Positions 50,207 to 59,674 of a stretch of 64,000 bases of DNA are shown one piece after another. The DNA is from Patescibacteria group bacterium. GTDB lineage: Bacteria > Patescibacteriota > Patescibacteriia > Patescibacteriales > UBA12465. The DNA lies in the NCBI GenBank assembly GCA_038323715.1, contig JBBQHF010000002.1, forward strand, positions 15,102 to 79,101. The letters run 5' to 3'. A model generated the notes under the pieces. The model was not told where the DNA came from, did no database searches, and saw only the letters and a list, made by a program, of their open reading frames with translations. Both the position numbers and the translations under genes were made by a program. Every line of letters begins with the position of its first letter. Position 1 is the first letter of the stretch.

Positions 50207-50608
50207 TTAATTACTAATTGTATTTTTTAAATTATTTAAACTATTTTTCACGCTACCATCTAAAATTTTACTGCCGTATCTTAAAATAAAGCCACCGATA
50301 ATTTCTGGGTTTATTTCTGTTTCTAGAATAACTTTCTTGGCGCCAGTTTTATTTTTTAAATAATCAGTTACAGTTTCACAAGTAGTCGCCGAAAGCTTGC
50401 GCGCGCTTAAAAGAGTAGCGTTAACTTCACCATGCGCCTTGTTCCAAATTTCATTGAAGGCCGTCACAATCGCCTCTACTTTATTAAAATCATGATTTTT
50501 ATTCAAAAGCAAAACAAAGCTTTTTATAACTTCCTTAGCTTCTGCTTCAGATTTATCGGCTACGAGGTCAAATAACGCCGACGCATATTTAGAAACTGAT
50601 ATTTTCAT
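50207..50608 (-). CDS. atpH: F1 ATP synthase delta (OSCP) subunit, unusually short (133 aa)
   Basis: Position between atpF and atpA, an N-terminal YASALFDL motif, and C-terminal IGGFILRYGSKILDGSV. Confidence 0.8.
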   Translation of the reverse strand: MKISVSKYASALFDLVADKSEAEAKEVIKSFVLLLNKNHDFNKVEAIVTAFNEIWNKAHGEVNATLLSARKLSATTCETVTDYLKNKTGAKKVILETEINPEIIGGFILRYGSKILDGSVKNSLNNLKNTISN

Positions 50609-50612
50609 AATC

Positions 50613-51101
50613 TTACTTAACCAATTTGTTTATAAGGTCCTTATCCTTTTCGTCTGTAATTTTTTCAGATAATAATTTTTCAACTGTTAAAATTACCAAG
50701 CCCGCCACTTCTTTTTTTATTTCTTTTAACATCTCAGATTTTTCACTCACCAGTTTAGCCTTTTCTTGAAGAATGACTTGAGCAACTTCCGCCTTGGCTT
50801 TAGCAACTAATTCGACTTTTCTTTCTTCGCCACGTTTATCAGCCTCTTCTATTATAGCATTTGCCTGTTTCTTGGCGGTAGCAATAATATCGGCCTGCTC
50901 TTTTTCTGTTAAAATTAAACGTTTCTCAATTTCATCAGCGTCTTTTAAGCTTTTATCAATCTTTTCAGAACGCTCAGTCATTATTTTAACTAATGGCTTA
51001 AAAGCAAAAAAGTACAAAACCGCAAACACAATGGCGAAATTAACCAATTGAGCAATAAACAGTTTGTAGTCAATATGAAAGGTAGAAATTAATGATTCCA
51101 T
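50613..51101 (-). CDS. atpF: Fo ATP synthase b subunit
   Basis: Single N-terminal TM helix followed by a long charged helix. Operon position supports the call. Confidence 0.85.
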   Translation of the reverse strand: MESLISTFHIDYKLFIAQLVNFAIVFAVLYFFAFKPLVKIMTERSEKIDKSLKDADEIEKRLILTEKEQADIIATAKKQANAIIEEADKRGEERKVELVAKAKAEVAQVILQEKAKLVSEKSEMLKEIKKEVAGLVILTVEKLLSEKITDEKDKDLINKLVK

Positions 51102-51168
51102 AAAATAAAAATTAAAAATTGAAAACTAAAGATTAACCTAAATTAATCTTCAGTCTTTCAAGTCTCAA

Positions 51169-51390
<222 letters not shown>

Positions 51391-51418
51391 TTATTATAAA
51401 TTGAATAATTAATTATTT

Positions 51419-52279
51419 TTAGTGCTCCTCTGCTGTCGTGTTAATGGTTAAATATGTCAAAATTAACATCGCAAAAATAAGCGCCTGAATAAGGCCAACC
51501 AAAACTTCTAAAAACATAAACGGAATCGGAACACCATACGCTAAAATAGCAGACATGGAAGCAAGCAAAACCTCACCGGCAAAAACATTTCCGAATAAAC
51601 GGAAGGAGAGACTAGCAACTTTAGCCATCTCTCCAATAATTTCAATCACCCCAACAAAAGCTTTAATCGGGTTGACTAAAATAACCATAGGGTCTTTCTT
51701 AATTTTCTTGGGAATTTCTAAAAAAGCTTTAATATTGATAAATTTATTCAAATATTTCCACCAACCAATAGCGAGCACTCCCATGATATGACTTAAAACC
51801 ACTCCTAAAGAAGCGAGCGCTAAAGTAGTATTTAAATCAGCTGTTCCGCCACGCAAATAAGGAATAAATACTTTTTCTCCACCTTCGGATGCAATTTGAC
51901 CAATAGAGCCAACGCCAGGCAAAAGCCCCATCCAATTATTAATAAGAACAAAAAAGAAAAAAGCTAAAACCAGGGGCGCGAATTGTAAAGATTTTTTACG
52001 ATCACCAGTAACACCATCGAAAATTCCCAAAAAGCCTTCAATAATTATTTCCATGGCATTTTGTAAACCAGTTGGTACTTTTTTTAAATTACGTTTAATT
52101 AAGACCGTTAAAACTACAATAATTATTAAAGCGACCGTTGAAGTTGCCAAAGCATTGGTAATTGGAAAATTACCGACATGGGCAATCGGCTCAGCAAATA
52201 AAGTATTTTCGTGAATTATTTCTTCGTGGGCTTCAACTTGTTGTTCTGAGGAAATCATAAATAAATTATTTTTTATCAT
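51419..52279 (-). CDS. atpB: Fo ATP synthase a subunit
   Basis: Conserved Arg helix LSFRLFGNVFAGEVLL. The start may be ATG 52258 (MISSEQQ). Confidence 0.9.
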   Translation of the reverse strand: MIKNNLFMISSEQQVEAHEEIIHENTLFAEPIAHVGNFPITNALATSTVALIIIVVLTVLIKRNLKKVPTGLQNAMEIIIEGFLGIFDGVTGDRKKSLQFAPLVLAFFFFVLINNWMGLLPGVGSIGQIASEGGEKVFIPYLRGGTADLNTTLALASLGVVLSHIMGVLAIGWWKYLNKFINIKAFLEIPKKIKKDPMVILVNPIKAFVGVIEIIGEMAKVASLSFRLFGNVFAGEVLLASMSAILAYGVPIPFMFLEVLVGLIQALIFAMLILTYLTINTTAEEH

Positions 52280-52598
52280 CCAGGTGACTGACAGCAGCTG
52301 ACTGTTTTTTAGCCTGCGCTTCCTGTTCTATTTTTTTAAATTCTTTTAGCGCACTTACAACCAAACCATACATGGAAACTAAAAAACAAACAGCAACCAT
52401 TATTAAAAAAAGCCAAGGTTCGGTGTTAAATTTCTTATCAAGCCACTTGCCTAAAAAAACTCCAATTAACACCGGGAAAGCAATCCAGCCAGAAATTCTA
52501 GCCATTAGCCTTAACGCTAAACTCCAAGACTCATTGTTCATATTTTTATGGCTATCTTGAAACATCTCTCTTATAACGCAGAAAACAATAAATGTCAA
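52266..52598 (-). CDS. AtpZ/AtpI-like small membrane protein preceding the atp genes
   Basis: Two TM helices (ISGWIAFPVLIGVFLGKWLD and WLFLIMVAVCFLVSMYGLV). It is first in the operon, and the true start is probably an internal ATG. Confidence 0.5.
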   Translation of the reverse strand: MTFIVFCVIREMFQDSHKNMNNESWSLALRLMARISGWIAFPVLIGVFLGKWLDKKFNTEPWLFLIMVAVCFLVSMYGLVVSALKEFKKIEQEAQAKKQSAAVSHLDDKK

Positions 52599-52634
52599 CC
52601 CTCCAATTTTTCATTATTTGACAAATATTACTTT

Positions 52635-53489
52635 TTATATCCTAAATAGGTTACGAGCAGTCGCGGTTGTCATTTCGGCCACTTTTTCCACTTTGATTCC
52701 TTTAATATCAGCGATTCTAGCAGCAACATATTGTACTAATACTGGCTCATTTCTTTGTCCCCTATAAGGCTCTGGGGTCATATATGGAGTATCTGTTTCA
52801 ACCATTATCTTATCAAGCGGAGTTTTTCTTATTAGATTATCCCATTGCTGGCTGAAAGTAATCAGCCCGGTAAAGGAAATAATTAAACCTAAACGAAAAT
52901 ATTTCCAAGCTAAATCTTCATCTCCAGAAAAACAATGAATAACTCCCCAGGGCTGGTTGTTAGCTGGTAACATATGCCCATATTCTTTTTTAAAATCTTG
53001 CAATATGACCAAAAGGTCATCATGAGCTTGCCGACAATGAATAATAACCGGCAAATCTAAACTTCTAGCCAGCATTAATTGAGAGGCAAAAACTTCCTGC
53101 TGCTTTCTCTTGACCGCCGGAATATCTTGGCTAGGATTTAAATGATAATAATCAAGCCCTATCTCTCCGATAGCAACCACTTTTTCAAACTTAGCTAGCT
53201 TTTCGTAACTACCGTAATCAAATTCTTCAGCTCGAGGAACAAAACTATAATCGCCGTTCTCATCATTATTTTCCACTAGCCCTTCCTGCAAATGAATTGG
53301 GTGTAAGCCAATAGCGGCGTAAACACCTTTTTCATATTTGTTAGCATAATTTAAAGCTCTATTTGAGGTTTTTGATTCAGACCCCACTAAAATCATCCAA
53401 GTGTCATTATCTAAAGCCCGACGGATTACTTCATCAGCATCGTCTTTAAAAGCGGCAAAATTAACATGAGCATGAGTGTCTATAATCAT
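52635..53489 (-). CDS. tatD: TatD-family metal-dependent hydrolase/DNase
   Basis: IIDTHAHVNF, GEIGLDYY, IHCR, and ETDTPYM motifs. Confidence 0.88.
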   Translation of the reverse strand: MIIDTHAHVNFAAFKDDADEVIRRALDNDTWMILVGSESKTSNRALNYANKYEKGVYAAIGLHPIHLQEGLVENNDENGDYSFVPRAEEFDYGSYEKLAKFEKVVAIGEIGLDYYHLNPSQDIPAVKRKQQEVFASQLMLARSLDLPVIIHCRQAHDDLLVILQDFKKEYGHMLPANNQPWGVIHCFSGDEDLAWKYFRLGLIISFTGLITFSQQWDNLIRKTPLDKIMVETDTPYMTPEPYRGQRNEPVLVQYVAARIADIKGIKVEKVAEMTTATARNLFRI

Positions 53490-53508
53490 AAATATGGTTT
53501 ATAGCATT

Positions 53509-53536
53509 TAAAAAACGCGAATAACGCGTTTTTTAA
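53509..53536. terminator. Intrinsic terminator downstream of the Cys-rich small ORF / dnaK operon
   Basis: AAAAACGCG-AATAA-CGCGTTTTT is a perfect hairpin with flanking A- and T-runs. Confidence 0.75.
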
Positions 53537-53553
53537 TTTTTTGTATTACAAAT

Positions 53554-53742
53554 TTATTCAGTTTTAGCTTCACTATTGCTAGAATCAGTGGTTGTGTCAG
53601 ACATTTTAGGCGCATTATCTTGCGCAGGCATAGACCCTTCCATTTTTTCAGGCTCTGAATTATTTTCTTCTGAGTGGCAGCAGCCCTCTCCTTTATGGCA
53701 GCAGCACTTGCTTCCAAAAAGATTTTTAAACCAGTTGCTCAT
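53554..53742 (-). CDS. Small Cys/His-rich acidic protein (62 aa), possible metal-binding peptide
   Basis: MSNWFKNLFGSKCCCHKGEGCCHSEENN..., then an acidic Ser/Thr-rich tail. It lies between dnaJ and the terminator, and competing ORFs in other frames run into the terminator hairpin. Confidence 0.45.
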   Translation of the reverse strand: MSNWFKNLFGSKCCCHKGEGCCHSEENNSEPEKMEGSMPAQDNAPKMSDTTTDSSNSEAKTE

Positions 53743-53822
53743 AGTTTTTATAGTTAAATAATAAAGCGCTTATAGCTTAAGTTTAGCATTCGTAAGCCCA
53801 AAAGTCAACCAAAATTTTATGT

Positions 53823-54899
53823 TTATAGGTCTAGAGTTTCAAGCAAAGTTTTCTGCTTTTTATTAAGATTAGAGGGTATTTTAACAATTATTTTAATAAA
53901 CTGTTCGCCAAAGCCACGCGCGTGTAGCTTCGGAACACCTTTTTCCTTTAATCTAAATACGGTTCCCGATTGAGTGCCTTCTGGTATTTTTAACTTAATC
54001 GGACCATTGACAGTATCAACTTCAATTTTATCTCCCAAGATAGCCTGTTTAATATTTATGGTTTCCTCGGTTCTAATATCATACCCATCACGAATAAATT
54101 TATTATGGCGACCAATTTTAATGCGTAGATACAAATCTCCCGCCGGAGAACCCTTGGGCCCAGCTTCGCCTTGTCCACTTAACCTAATTGACTCACCGTT
54201 ATTAATCCCCGCAGGAATTTTAACTTTAATTTTAACCTGGTCATTATAGACGCCATTGCCGCCACACTTAGAACATTTTTTACTATACGTTTTTCCTTCT
54301 CCGCCGCAATGAGGGCAAGGTGATTGTGTCTGAATATTTCCCAATATTGTCCTTTGGATACGACTTATTTTCCCCGTCCCGCGACAATCGCTACAAGTTT
54401 CAACTTTAGATCCTGGTTCAGCGCCATCTCCGTGACAATTATTACAAACGATATTTTTACTAAATTTAATTTCTTTTTCTAGGCCAAATACCGCTTCTAA
54501 AAATTCCAAATTTAAATTTAATTCTAAATCACGTCCCCGAGACTGTCTTTTAGTTGCACCGCCGCCGCCAAAGCCAAATATATCGCCAAAGCCACCAAAC
54601 ATTTCGCTTAAATCTTCAAAGTCCATATTAAAACCACCCCCATTTTGAAAACCGGAAGAACCGCCATAATTACCGCCGCCCGCTTGGCCATTTTGAAAAG
54701 ACGAACCAAACTGATCGTATTGCTTTCTCTTTTCAGGATTACCAAGGACCTGATAAGCTTCATTATATTCTTTAAACTTTTCAGCATCTCCTCCTTTATC
54801 AGGATGGTGCTCGTGCGCCTTTTTTCTAAAAGCGGTTTTAATTTCATCAGGACTAGAGCCCTTAGATACTCCTAATATATTGTAATAATCTTTAGACAT
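53823..54899 (-). CDS. dnaJ: Molecular chaperone DnaJ
   Basis: J-domain (DYYNILGV...HHPDK), a G/F-rich region, and four CxxCxGxG zinc motifs (CNNCHGDG, CSDCRGTG, CPHCGGEG, CSKCGGNG). Confidence 0.93.
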   Translation of the reverse strand: MSKDYYNILGVSKGSSPDEIKTAFRKKAHEHHPDKGGDAEKFKEYNEAYQVLGNPEKRKQYDQFGSSFQNGQAGGGNYGGSSGFQNGGGFNMDFEDLSEMFGGFGDIFGFGGGGATKRQSRGRDLELNLNLEFLEAVFGLEKEIKFSKNIVCNNCHGDGAEPGSKVETCSDCRGTGKISRIQRTILGNIQTQSPCPHCGGEGKTYSKKCSKCGGNGVYNDQVKIKVKIPAGINNGESIRLSGQGEAGPKGSPAGDLYLRIKIGRHNKFIRDGYDIRTEETINIKQAILGDKIEVDTVNGPIKLKIPEGTQSGTVFRLKEKGVPKLHARGFGEQFIKIIVKIPSNLNKKQKTLLETLDL

Positions 54900-54962
54900 A
54901 AATTATTTATTCAACAAATTGCCCCTCCTTTTTTGAAGAGGGGCAACCTATCAACAAACGAG

Positions 54963-56885
54963 TTATTTATTTTCTTCTACTTCGCCTTCTACAACATCAT
55001 CTTTTTTCTCTTCAGTTTCACCATTAGTAGACGGCTCGGAATCTGTTTTAGCACCACTTGCGTCGGCATTAGCAGCGTCAGCTCCAGGTTGTTGATACAT
55101 AGCGGCTCCTATTTTTTGAGCAACGGTATTTAATTCTTCCAGCTTGGTTTTCATTTCCTCAATATTACCACCGTCCTTAGCCTTCTTCAAAGCCTCAACT
55201 TTTTCTTCTAATTCTTTTTTATCTTCTGGCTTCATTTTCTCGCCAGATTCCTTGAGCATTTTTTCAGTCGTAAAAATCACTACGTCAGCTTGATTTTTTA
55301 TTTCAGCTTCTTCCTTTTTCTTTTTATCATCGTCAGCATGTAGCTCCGCTTCTTTTTTCATTTTTTCAATTTCTTCTTTTGATAATCCAGAAGAGGCCGT
55401 AATCGTAATATTTTGTTGTTTATTTGTCGCCTTATCCGTTGCAGACACATTCAAAATTCCATTAGCGTCCAAATCAAATTTTACTTCAACCTGAGGAATG
55501 CCCCGAGGAGCAGAAGGAATACCATCAAGAATAAAACGTCCTAAAGTTTTATTATCAGCGGCCATCGGTCTTTCTCCTTGAACAATATGAATCTCGACAC
55601 TAGTTTGACCATCGGCAGCCGTTGAAAAAACTTGGGCTTTAGAAGTTGGGATAGTTGTATTTCTTTCAATCAAAGGAGTAGCGACGCTTCCCATGGTTTC
55701 AATTCCTAGAGTTAAAGGGGTCACATCTAATAATAAGACATCTTTGACATCTCCTTGTAAAACACCCGCTTGAACGGCGGCCCCCATGGCTACCACTTCG
55801 TCTGGGTTAACACTTAAATTCGGTTCTTTGCCAAAAAATTCTTTTACTTTTTGTAATACGAGCGGCATACGAGTCATACCCCCAACCATCAGTATTTCAT
55901 TAATATCGCCAATCTGAAAACCAGAGTCGTGGATTGCCTTGCGGCAAGGTTCAATTGTTTTATCAATTAAATCTGCGACTAATGATTCTAATTTAGAACG
56001 AGAAATTTTCATAACTAAATGTTTTGGACCATTAGCGTCAGTAGTTATAAAGGGTTGGTTAATTTCTGTTTCTTGAGCAGTTGATAATTCTATTTTTGCT
56101 TTTTCAGCCGCCTCCTTAATTCTTTGTAAAGCGAGCGCATCTTTTGATAAATCAATCCCTTGGTCGCGTTTAAATTCATCAATAATCCAAGCAATTATTC
56201 TTTGATCAAAGTCTTCTCCGCCAAGATGAGTATCACCATTAGTTGATTTTACCTCAACGGTATCAGCTGAAATATCTAAAACGGAAACATCAAATGTCCC
56301 TCCACCTAAATCATATACGACAATTTTTTGTCCATTCTTTTTATCAAATCCATAAGCTAAAGCGGCGGCTGTCGGCTCATTAATAATTCTTTTAACATCA
56401 AGCCCAGCAATTTGTCCGGCATCCTTAGTGGCTTGGCGTTGCGAATCATTAAAATAAGCTGGGACAGTAATAATTGCCTCCGTTATTTTTTCTCCCAATT
56501 TTGATTCAGCGTCAGCTTTTAATTTAGATAATATCATCGCCGAAATTTCTTGAGGAGTATAATCTTTATCTCCCATTTTTACTTTCACGCCTTCGCCAGC
56601 TTGAACAATTTTATATGGCGCATTTTTTAAATCTTTTTGAACCTCGTCTTCATTAAAATGACGACCAATTAAACGCTTAACTGCGTAAACCGTGTTCTCA
56701 GGATTAATAACTGCCTGTCTTTTAGCGGCGGCGCCGACGATTCTTTCGTTATTTTTGGAAATAGCAACAACCGATGGGGTTGTTCTATTGCCTTCGATGT
56801 TTTCAATAATTTTTGGAACACCGCCCTCCATGATAGACATGGCCGAGTTAGTTGTTCCTAAATCAATTCCTAAAATTTTTCCCAT
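54963..56885 (-). CDS. dnaK: Molecular chaperone DnaK (Hsp70)
   Basis: [19 protein letters not shown], and [10 protein letters not shown], with a full-length SBD and an acidic tail. Confidence 0.96.
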   Translation of the reverse strand: MGKILGIDLGTTNSAMSIMEGGVPKIIENIEGNRTTPSVVAISKNNERIVGAAAKRQAVINPENTVYAVKRLIGRHFNEDEVQKDLKNAPYKIVQAGEGVKVKMGDKDYTPQEISAMILSKLKADAESKLGEKITEAIITVPAYFNDSQRQATKDAGQIAGLDVKRIINEPTAAALAYGFDKKNGQKIVVYDLGGGTFDVSVLDISADTVEVKSTNGDTHLGGEDFDQRIIAWIIDEFKRDQGIDLSKDALALQRIKEAAEKAKIELSTAQETEINQPFITTDANGPKHLVMKISRSKLESLVADLIDKTIEPCRKAIHDSGFQIGDINEILMVGGMTRMPLVLQKVKEFFGKEPNLSVNPDEVVAMGAAVQAGVLQGDVKDVLLLDVTPLTLGIETMGSVATPLIERNTTIPTSKAQVFSTAADGQTSVEIHIVQGERPMAADNKTLGRFILDGIPSAPRGIPQVEVKFDLDANGILNVSATDKATNKQQNITITASSGLSKEEIEKMKKEAELHADDDKKKKEEAEIKNQADVVIFTTEKMLKESGEKMKPEDKKELEEKVEALKKAKDGGNIEEMKTKLEELNTVAQKIGAAMYQQPGADAANADASGAKTDSEPSTNGETEEKKDDVVEGEVEENK

Positions 56886-56905
56886 ATGTTTTTAATATTT
56901 ATATT

Positions 56906-57334
56906 TTATTTTTTATTTTGGATTTTAATAGATTTTGGTTTTACCTCCGATGCCTTGGGAATATTTATTTTCAATACTCCATCCTCATTAATCGCGCTAG
57001 CCTTATCGCCGTCAACTTTAGTTGGCAGAGGAATAGAGCGATAGAAAGAACCGCGGCGAATTTCCTTGCGATAATAATTCTTATCTTCTACTTCGCTCTT
57101 TTTTTCACTTTCGCCCTTAATACAAAGGGTGTTGTTCTCAATGGAAATATTTACTCTCTCCGGATCAATCCCGGCTAATTGAGTTTCCACAACGATGTTA
57201 TCCTTATCTTCATAGATATCAACCGCTGGCGTAAAGCCAAATTGATTACCACGAATTGCTGGCAACATGGATTCTATTGTTTTGTCCATGTCGTCAAATT
57301 CTGAAAAAAATGGGGTCCATTTTATAAGTGACAT
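56906..57334 (-). CDS. Hsp20/alpha-crystallin family small heat-shock protein
   Basis: Alpha-crystallin core (PAVDIYEDKDNIVVETQLAGIDPERVNISIENNTLCIKGE...FYRSIPLP...GVLKINIPK). Confidence 0.88.
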   Translation of the reverse strand: MSLIKWTPFFSEFDDMDKTIESMLPAIRGNQFGFTPAVDIYEDKDNIVVETQLAGIDPERVNISIENNTLCIKGESEKKSEVEDKNYYRKEIRRGSFYRSIPLPTKVDGDKASAINEDGVLKINIPKASEVKPKSIKIQNKK

Positions 57335-57359
57335 AGTTTTTGTATTAATTAATTATATA

Positions 57360-58388
57360 TTATCCGACAACTACTTTTGCCGGCCTAATTACGCGTCCAT
57401 TTAATTTATACCCTGGCATAATTTCTTTTTGAACCATATCTCCGTCCCCATCCATAGCATCCATAGTTGCGTGATCAAATTTTTCGCCCGTAGTCTTTAT
57501 TTCTTCCACTCCCCTTGCCTCAAGCAAGTCTTTAAACTGTTTTAAAACATGGCGGACTCCAACAACCCAAGCATTATTTTCATCTTTCTCTTTTAAGCCC
57601 AGCAAAGATAGTTTAAGATGATCATAAACTGGGATAATATCTTGTAAAAAATCTTGCAAGGCATATTTAGCAAAATCCTGTTTGTCTTTAGACGTTTGTT
57701 TAACTAAATTTTGATAATCAGCTAAAGCTCTTTTATACTGGTTTTCGAAGGACTCATTATTATTCTTTTTTTCCAAATAATATCCTATAAGTGGAGTCAC
57801 CGAAGAAGATATCTTTAATTCACTCGTTTCTTTTGGGTTAACCCAAAGATATTCGGTCATTTCATTACTCTTAGTAATCTCGCCACCGGCCAGTTCTGCC
57901 AAATAACTTAAATAAATAAAATGCTTTTTTTTGAAAAAGAATTCGGGATTTATCCCCTCACTGAATCCAATCGCTTCAATATTTTTAAGTTGTAAATTGG
58001 TTTCTTCTAAGAACTCTCTCCTAAGAGCTTGTTCAGCTGATTCATCTAATTCTATATGCCCACCAGGAATGGTCCAAAAATCACCAAACTTTGGATTTTT
58101 TATTAAAAGAATTTCTCCTTTTTCATTATAGACTAAAGCCCCGACTACAGCTTCGGGATGTCTGTCAGAATTATCCTCGCCCAAAAATTCAAATCGTGAT
58201 TTCTTTTTACCATCTACTTCAGCATCACTTAAAAACATTTTTTTTGGTCTAACCCAAATTTTATTTTCATTTTTAATATCTTGATAAACAACTACTTCTT
58301 GTTGATTTTCAGTGTCGGTTCCAAGCCCTACAATCTTATATTCCCCGCCTTTATAATGGCGATAAACACCCTTTTTTATTTCTTCCAT
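57360..58388 (-). CDS. grpE: DUF1653 - NUDIX hydrolase - GrpE fusion protein (the only GrpE-like module in the operon)
   Basis: Aa 1-70: YRHYKGGEYKIVG...VVVYQ...WVRPKKMF (DUF1653-like). Aa ~77-205: Nudix fold with box GHIELDESAEQALRREFLEETNL. Aa ~212-342: GrpE core (ADYQNLVKQ, IIPVYDHLKLSL, GVRHVLKQF, GEKFDHATMDAM, PGYKLNGRVIRPAKVVV). Confidence 0.8.
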   Translation of the reverse strand: MEEIKKGVYRHYKGGEYKIVGLGTDTENQQEVVVYQDIKNENKIWVRPKKMFLSDAEVDGKKKSRFEFLGEDNSDRHPEAVVGALVYNEKGEILLIKNPKFGDFWTIPGGHIELDESAEQALRREFLEETNLQLKNIEAIGFSEGINPEFFFKKKHFIYLSYLAELAGGEITKSNEMTEYLWVNPKETSELKISSSVTPLIGYYLEKKNNNESFENQYKRALADYQNLVKQTSKDKQDFAKYALQDFLQDIIPVYDHLKLSLLGLKEKDENNAWVVGVRHVLKQFKDLLEARGVEEIKTTGEKFDHATMDAMDGDGDMVQKEIMPGYKLNGRVIRPAKVVVG

Positions 58389-58396
58389 AGTTTTAT

Positions 58397-59089
58397 TTAC
58401 TCAAATTTATTTTTAATAAACTCTATCAAAGCTAAGTTATGGTTATAATCCATGCGCATTGGACCCAGAATACCAAAAATGCTATGAGAATTATTATTTT
58501 TATATTTTACTAGCACAACACTCAAAAAATCACCGAATGGATTCTTAGACCCAATAAGAGCTTGCGGCCCTTCTTGCAATTCTTCAAAAATTTCATCAAT
58601 AATTTCTTCCATCCTGTCTATTATCCCGGAAACATCACAAACATTATTTACCTGTTTAAACTCTGGTTGAGAAAATAAATTGGAAAGTCCAGTATAATAT
58701 AAATCATTTTTATGAAAAGCCCAAAATACTGCGCCACCAGATAATTCAGAAATGGCTCGTGCCGTTTGTCTTAAAGCGCTATCTTCTTTACCAAATAAAT
58801 TATTTAACAACCTTTCGTCAGAATCTTTCAAAAATTTTTTTTTCTTTAAATCTTTAAAGTCTTCTAAAAAAAGTTCATAAGCGATTTCAGTCGGGACTCT
58901 CCCAGCCGAAGTGTGGGGTTGATGTATGAATCCCTCATTCTCCAGCTCCATCATTTCATTACGCACCGTAGCCGGGGAAATATCTAACTTATACTTCTCC
59001 ACCAACAAGCCAGAAGAAACCGGCTGAGCAGTTTTAACGTATTCTTTTATTATTGTTTCCAGTAAAAACTTTTTACGCTCTGACATCAT
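58397..59089 (-). CDS. hrcA: Heat-inducible transcription repressor HrcA (short form)
   Basis: N-terminal winged helix (IIKEYVKTAQPVSSGLLVEKYKLDISPATVRNEMMELENEGFIHQPHTSAGRVPT). The start is taken at MMSERKK because the longer ORF would run through the CIRCE operator. Confidence 0.85.
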   Translation of the reverse strand: MMSERKKFLLETIIKEYVKTAQPVSSGLLVEKYKLDISPATVRNEMMELENEGFIHQPHTSAGRVPTEIAYELFLEDFKDLKKKKFLKDSDERLLNNLFGKEDSALRQTARAISELSGGAVFWAFHKNDLYYTGLSNLFSQPEFKQVNNVCDVSGIIDRMEEIIDEIFEELQEGPQALIGSKNPFGDFLSVVLVKYKNNNSHSIFGILGPMRMDYNHNLALIEFIKNKFE

Positions 59090-59121
59090 ATATTTTAAAC
59101 CTGATATCATTATAAACAAAA

Positions 59122-59148
59122 TTAGCACTCAAGTCAATAGAGTGCTAA
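59122..59148. promoter_or_regulatory. Perfect CIRCE (HrcA operator) upstream of the hrcA-grpE-hsp20-dnaK-dnaJ operon
   Basis: TTAGCACTC-AAGTCAATA-GAGTGCTAA matches the consensus exactly. On the minus strand it is preceded by a TATAGT -10-like box 4 nt upstream. Confidence 0.9.
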
Positions 59149-59175
59149 TACAACTATAATTTTATTTAATTTTGG

Positions 59176-59667
59176 CTAAATTCCTAATTTATCTCTATAG
59201 TCCTGATTTAACTGATAATCGGCTGAGTTGAGTAAATCGGGCGCGGAAAAATGATTTAAATAACGATAAGTAATAGAGTAGTATTTAAATTTATAGTGAT
59301 TTATAAAAACATCGGTCACTAAATGAACCGTCCCGGCGAAAGCCAAGGTAATCAAAATTATTTTAACAATCTCTTTTTTACGAACCAGCCAAGCAATTAA
59401 TAATAAAATAGGAAAGTATTCCCAAGCATGAAAATATATTCTTATCTTATCGCTAGAAAGAAACTGTCTGCTTTCTATAAAATATTGAAGATTAAAACTT
59501 AAGCCATAAACTAAAAAATATTCCAAAACATGATCAAGGTCTATTAAAAAACCGCCAATAATTCCAAAAATTATTCCAAGCCAAATATGCTTGAATCTTT
59601 TTCCAACTAGATAGCCAACGCCCGCTGCTAACAAAAAATGAATTAACAAATGAATATATAAAGGCAT
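59176..59667 (-). CDS. Small polytopic membrane protein, possibly DUF457/YdjM-like membrane-bound metal-dependent hydrolase
   Basis: Conserved His residues at helix ends (IHLLIHF..., IDLDHVLEY, FHAWEY, VHLVTD). Weak, motif-level call only. Confidence 0.4.
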   Translation of the reverse strand: MPLYIHLLIHFLLAAGVGYLVGKRFKHIWLGIIFGIIGGFLIDLDHVLEYFLVYGLSFNLQYFIESRQFLSSDKIRIYFHAWEYFPILLLIAWLVRKKEIVKIILITLAFAGTVHLVTDVFINHYKFKYYSITYRYLNHFSAPDLLNSADYQLNQDYRDKLGI

Positions 59668-59674
59668 AAAATTA

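Noticed and set aside
53508-53761. Alternative ORFs (69 aa on the minus strand, 61 aa on the plus strand) overlapping the Cys-rich small ORF
   Set aside because: The 69-aa frame runs through the terminator hairpin at 53509-53536. The plus-strand frame is antisense to the operon direction. Neither has features as distinctive as the CCCHxxxxCCH frame. None of the three is proven.
59090-59128. Longer N-terminal extensions offered by the ORF track: hrcA from 59128, miaA from 35071, GT2 from 28359, DUF167 from 28630, sigma from 16889, dCMP deaminase from TTG 28745, and the 38161 start
   Set aside because: The extensions overlap an operator (the CIRCE in hrcA) or the upstream gene, and add hydrophobic or nonsense-looking residues ahead of a well-placed internal ATG that matches family N-termini.
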